Origin: Promethearchaeota archaeon
GTDB lineage: Archaea; Asgardarchaeota; Thorarchaeia; Thorarchaeales; Thorarchaeaceae
Reading direction: 5' to 3'
Assembly: GCA_048939765.1 (NCBI GenBank)
Contig: JBHLPF010000042.1
Coordinates: forward strand, 1 to 21,719
DNA: 21,719 nt
The notes below the pieces were generated by a model. It saw nothing but the letters and a program-made list of their open reading frames with translations. It was not told the origin of the DNA and made no database searches. Below are positions 17,848 through 21,719 of the stretch, piece by piece (the stretch's first letter is position 1; every line of letters starts with the position of its first letter). The position numbers were made by a program, and so were the translations under genes.

Positions 17848-19533
17848 ATGACTGAAGACCCATATGCGGCCAAGCCTTGGTTGAAGCATTACGACGAAGG
17901 CGTCCCGGAACATATTGACTATCCAGAGATGAACCTCTATCAGATTCTGGAAGACTCAGCCCGCGATTTTGGCGGACGTCCAGCGATTTGGTTCCAGAAG
18001 AGGAGGATAACCTACAAGGAGTTCAAGGACATTGCAGATAGAGTCGCAACTGCCCTGGTTAATTTGGGAGTCAAGAAGGGCGATGTCGTCGCAATGATGA
18101 TTCCCAACTTCCCTCAGTATCTCTTTAGCTTCTTTGGAATTCTGAAGGCAGGCGGGATCATTACCGCATGCAGCGTTTTGTTGACAGAGCGAGAGCTGGC
18201 CTACCAGCTGAATGACTCAGGTGCCGAAACAATCATTGCCTGGGATACACAACTTGAGAAGATTAATGCCATAAAGGACAGGACCAGACTTAGGAACATC
18301 ATCATTACGAATGTGCTTGATTATGTGCCTGGTGCGAAAAGAGACCCTCCGGAGCTTTCAGGAACCATGCAGTTCGTGAATCTGGTCAATAACACCAAGC
18401 CAGACCCTCCAAAGTTCGAGATTAACCCCAAAGAGGACCTTGCTGTTCTTCAGTACACAGGCGGAACCACAGGCCTTCCAAAAGGTGCGATGCTCACTCA
18501 CTACAACCTAGTATCCAATTGCATAGCTGTATACTCCTGGATTGGATCAGAGATGCAAAAAGGCAAAGACACGGGTCTGACTAATCTTCCACTGTTTCAT
18601 ATCTATGGGATGACAGTCGCCATGAATAGCTGGATCTACAATGCCTCTGCAATTGCCCTCAATCCAGATGCTAGAGACCATAAATCATTGTTCGAGATCA
18701 TAAGAGATACGAAACCAGCGCTGTTTCCAGGCGTTCCAACCATGTATATGCGTCTTCTGGAGCGAGATGACTTGGAAGACTACGCAAAGGATATGCGATG
18801 CATAAGGATCTGTAACACTGGTGCAGCGGCCATGCCTCCTGAGGTTCTCACTGAATTTGAGGAGAGAACTGGCGCTGTCATCATTGAAGGCTATGGACTT
18901 ACCGAGGCATCACCAGTAACCCACACCAATCCAATCAAAGGGGTGCGCAAGATTGGGTCAATAGGACTGCCGATTTCTGACACCGAAGTCAGGATTGTTG
19001 ACCTCGATGATTATACGAAGATTCTGCCTATTGGAGAAGAAGGTGAAATCCTAATTAGAGGCCCTCAGGTGATGAAAGGATATTGGAACAAACCTGACGC
19101 CACTGCAAACCAGATCAAGGACGGCTGGTTGATGACGGGAGACATCGCGAAAATGGATGAGGAGGGCTACTTCTTCATTGTTGATAGAAAGAAGGACATG
19201 ATTAACGTCAGTGGCTTCAAGGTATATCCAAGGGAAGTGGAGGATGTCTTGTTTGAGCATGAAGCCGTAGAAAATGCTGCTGTGATTGGGTTGCCAGACC
19301 CAAATACACCCGGGAGTGACAGGGTCAAGGCATACATCATGCTCAAGGACGGGTATAAGGAGAGTGAGGAGCTTCTCGCCGAGATTCGAGAGTTTTGCAG
19401 AGCCAATGTTTCACCATATAAAGTCCCAAAGGAAATTGAAGTCAGAAAGGAGCTTCCAGAGACCCTTGTGGGCAAGGTCCTTAGAAAAGATTTGAGAGAG
19501 CAGGAAGAAAGGAAAGCTGGAGAGTTGGGCTGA
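17848..19533 (+). CDS. fadD: Long-chain-fatty-acid--CoA ligase (AMP-forming, FadD/LcfA-like)
   Basis: PWLKHYDEGVP N-terminus, YTGGTTGLPKG AMP-binding motif, LPLFHIYG, EGYGLTE, TGD, IVDRKKDMI and VGKVLR. Confidence 0.9.
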   Translation: MTEDPYAAKPWLKHYDEGVPEHIDYPEMNLYQILEDSARDFGGRPAIWFQKRRITYKEFKDIADRVATALVNLGVKKGDVVAMMIPNFPQYLFSFFGILKAGGIITACSVLLTERELAYQLNDSGAETIIAWDTQLEKINAIKDRTRLRNIIITNVLDYVPGAKRDPPELSGTMQFVNLVNNTKPDPPKFEINPKEDLAVLQYTGGTTGLPKGAMLTHYNLVSNCIAVYSWIGSEMQKGKDTGLTNLPLFHIYGMTVAMNSWIYNASAIALNPDARDHKSLFEIIRDTKPALFPGVPTMYMRLLERDDLEDYAKDMRCIRICNTGAAAMPPEVLTEFEERTGAVIIEGYGLTEASPVTHTNPIKGVRKIGSIGLPISDTEVRIVDLDDYTKILPIGEEGEILIRGPQVMKGYWNKPDATANQIKDGWLMTGDIAKMDEEGYFFIVDRKKDMINVSGFKVYPREVEDVLFEHEAVENAAVIGLPDPNTPGSDRVKAYIMLKDGYKESEELLAEIREFCRANVSPYKVPKEIEVRKELPETLVGKVLRKDLREQEERKAGELG

Positions 19534-19658
19534 CCTTCTAGTGCTATGGAAGTGCCAACCAATAGTGTTCCAAGCTATTAGACTTGGATCTTGATCGATG
19601 ACTATTCGTTTCGGCCACGCTACGCGATGTATCAGGACCAGAAACAAAGAATAATCCG

Positions 19659-19704
19659 AAAAATAGGGATGAGGAGGCGCACAATGATACGCCTCCATCT
19701 CATC
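19659..19704 (-). terminator. Hairpin plus U-tract terminator of the DUF11 gene
   Basis: Minus strand GATGAG-atg-GAGGCG-(10 nt)-CGCCTC-CTCATC followed by CCTATTTTT, starting 6 nt after the stop. Confidence 0.65.
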
Positions 19705-19710
19705 TGTATT

Positions 19711-21719
19711 CTAATCCGACGGGTTTTCCTTGAACTTCCATTCTAGCGAGTTATTCCAGATTGACGCTTCTAACTCCAATCTTGCCTGCTTCTTTCTCTG
19801 CCTCATATCATATACATAGGCCAGCGACGAAATTGACGCGAACCATGCGATGATTATGGGGATTCCCAAATTAAAGCCACCAACAATTGGTTCGGCAGCA
19901 TAGCCGGAATCAGCAACTGGTGGAAACTCAAATGGGCGTGAGTGCTCTCTTGGATGACTCGAAGAACTCGAAGAAGCTGAGGATTCAGAAGAATCCACAA
20001 CACTCATGGATGGATTGAGACCTGGCGGGCCTTCAACAGTCGTGGATTCGCCATCGATGTAGAGGCTTACTTGGATATAATCACCCTTGCTCAGCTTAAC
20101 CTCTATGGTGATGCGGAGCACAAGATCTGTTTCTTCAAGCCCTTCTAGCAATACATCCAGAGGTATCTCTATCTCAAGTCTATATGTTCCCGGTTTGAGG
20201 TTGTCAAAGAGATAGAAGCCGTATTCATCTGTTGTGAACGCGTCAACGCGTCGCTCCTTATCGTTGTAGATACTAAAGGTGATTCCTGCTACTGGAGTGT
20301 CCTCGAGTGTTGCATCCTGAACCACACCCCACATAAGAGGAGTCTTTGGCTCTTTCACTCTGGCGTGTGCTGTTAGAATCGTTTCACTGTGCCAAGAATG
20401 TGCCTCTACATCAGCTCCAAAGACATATCCGAAATTGTTGAAGGCCTTTGCTTCATCGCATGTGTATCCTGTTGATTTCTTCAGGGCATAGGTCAAGTGC
20501 ATGGTGATGAGTATGTTGCTGCTTGGTACTAGGTCCTCAAAAGCAATTGGATTGGAGCCATATTCAAGTATCTTATCGGTGATCTCATTTTCGAGCTCCC
20601 TCCAGTCTATGCAGCCTTCGTAAGTGTAGGGTGAACCATAGGGAGCATATATGTCATCCCAATAGAAAGCATGGATCCATTTTGCACCTTGTGATTTGAA
20701 GTCCTCTGGTATAAGATAGTTGATTGTTTCTTCAGAATCATATGCATGGAATAGGATGTTGAAGTAGAAGCCTCCAGGATTCGTCGAGGATATCTTGAAG
20801 ATGAATTCATCTGTTATTTCTTGTATGTCTGGTGTAAAGACAATTCTGAAGTCGGTGACTACCTCACGGCATAAGCTGGTGTCAGTAATCCATGTTTCAA
20901 GCATCGTGTGAGATTGTGCTGTGTCATCCAGCGTTGGATAGGAATTTTGATTCCTGTCATAGTAATTGAGTATTCCTAGGTTTATCAAATCGTGGCAAAA
21001 TGTGCCCTGGTTCACTCTGACTATTATGATTATTTCTTCAGGTGCACCGGGATTTGAGGGTTCTACGTCGCCAACATGCCAAGTAATCTTCTGGCCATCA
21101 ATTGAATTATGCGGAGGATCAGAACTCACGAATGTGACACCATCTGGCAGGGTGTCAACAATCTCAACATCGCAAGCTGTCGCATGACCCGTGTTCCTGT
21201 AGTACAAGGTGTAGGTGAGGTAATCACCAGTACCTACTTCGGCCAGATCCACTTCTTTCCAGAACTCCATGAACGGCTTGATGACACGGACTGAGGCATC
21301 GTCAGTAATCGAATCATAGGCATCGCCCAAGCCCAGATTGTCATCCTGATATGACAGGGTGGCCCAGTTCGTGAGAACAGCATAGTCCGTCAGACCCAGG
21401 TCCACTGTGACATACAACTCTATGGTCCCTGATGTCTGTGGAGCAACATCAAAGATCCATGTGACTATGCCAGCGACATGAGAGCCTCCAGAGTCGTCAC
21501 CAGAGTAGGTGAGCCCAGCAGGGATTGTGTCCTCTATCGTCACGTGAGCCAAGCCATGACCAGTGTTCGCATAGTCCAGATAGAAGGTGACCGTGGAACC
21601 AGGCACATTGTCATAGGCGCCAGCCCTCCACTTCACAAAGGTCATGAACGGCTTGATGACACGGACTGAGGCATCGTCAGTAATCGAATCATAGGCATCG
21701 CCCAAGCCCAGATTGTCAT
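19711..21719 (-). CDS. Membrane-anchored surface protein (5'-truncated): DUF11-like repeats, an unassigned domain, a CnaB/SdrD-B-like domain, Ser-rich linker, C-terminal TM helix and tail
   Basis: Frame is open to the right edge. KEVD...GDYLTYTLYYRNTG...VDTLPDGVTFVSS is DUF11-like and TTDEYGFYLFDNLKPGTYRL is CnaB-like. These are followed by SSESSASSSSSS, a hydrophobic helix and RQRKK. Confidence 0.88.
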   Translation of the reverse strand, partial: DNLGLGDAYDSITDDASVRVIKPFMTFVKWRAGAYDNVPGSTVTFYLDYANTGHGLAHVTIEDTIPAGLTYSGDDSGGSHVAGIVTWIFDVAPQTSGTIELYVTVDLGLTDYAVLTNWATLSYQDDNLGLGDAYDSITDDASVRVIKPFMEFWKEVDLAEVGTGDYLTYTLYYRNTGHATACDVEIVDTLPDGVTFVSSDPPHNSIDGQKITWHVGDVEPSNPGAPEEIIIIVRVNQGTFCHDLINLGILNYYDRNQNSYPTLDDTAQSHTMLETWITDTSLCREVVTDFRIVFTPDIQEITDEFIFKISSTNPGGFYFNILFHAYDSEETINYLIPEDFKSQGAKWIHAFYWDDIYAPYGSPYTYEGCIDWRELENEITDKILEYGSNPIAFEDLVPSSNILITMHLTYALKKSTGYTCDEAKAFNNFGYVFGADVEAHSWHSETILTAHARVKEPKTPLMWGVVQDATLEDTPVAGITFSIYNDKERRVDAFTTDEYGFYLFDNLKPGTYRLEIEIPLDVLLEGLEETDLVLRITIEVKLSKGDYIQVSLYIDGESTTVEGPPGLNPSMSVVDSSESSASSSSSSHPREHSRPFEFPPVADSGYAAEPIVGGFNLGIPIIIAWFASISSLAYVYDMRQRKKQARLELEASIWNNSLEWKFKENPSD
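21268..21719. repeat. Exact direct repeat, period 375 nt
   Basis: 21268-21344 is identical to 21643-21719 (77/77 nt); the match ends only because the window ends. Confidence 0.95.

Noticed and set aside
10057-21669. Short overlapping ORFs within the membrane protein, liv, HEAT, fadD and DUF11 genes
   Set aside because: They are antisense or out-of-frame shadows of well-supported genes.
21703-21705. TTG start of the 664-aa ORF
   Set aside because: It is an internal Leu in a repeat unit; the frame stays open to the window edge and no signal peptide follows.

Overview
Probably archaeal DNA; a Thorarchaeia-like Asgard origin is my inference. The support is TATA/BRE-like promoters, a GGTGA-type RBS, a TM-anchored substrate-binding protein and many N-glycosylation sequons. 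The left 9.5 kb is one giant minus-strand gene that the ORF track missed because it runs off the left edge (ATG at 9497, >3165 codons). It encodes a secreted protein with an apparently nested N-terminal head and about 22 'IWDRI...RID...EYD' repeats of 80-100 aa, arranged in a duplicated ~3.7 kb super-module. Next come a 450-aa polytopic membrane protein and a divergent intergenic region holding a candidate stand-alone small RNA (promoter, 21-bp terminal stem, C-rich anti-SD-like loop, pyrimidine tail). Then follows a Liv-type ABC operon (SBP, livH, livM, livG, livF) extended by a HEAT-repeat gene and a long-chain acyl-CoA synthetase. At the right is the 3' part of a convergent membrane-anchored DUF11-repeat surface protein whose 375-nt units are nucleotide-identical over the visible overlap. 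All translations and pairings outside the ORF track were done by eye.
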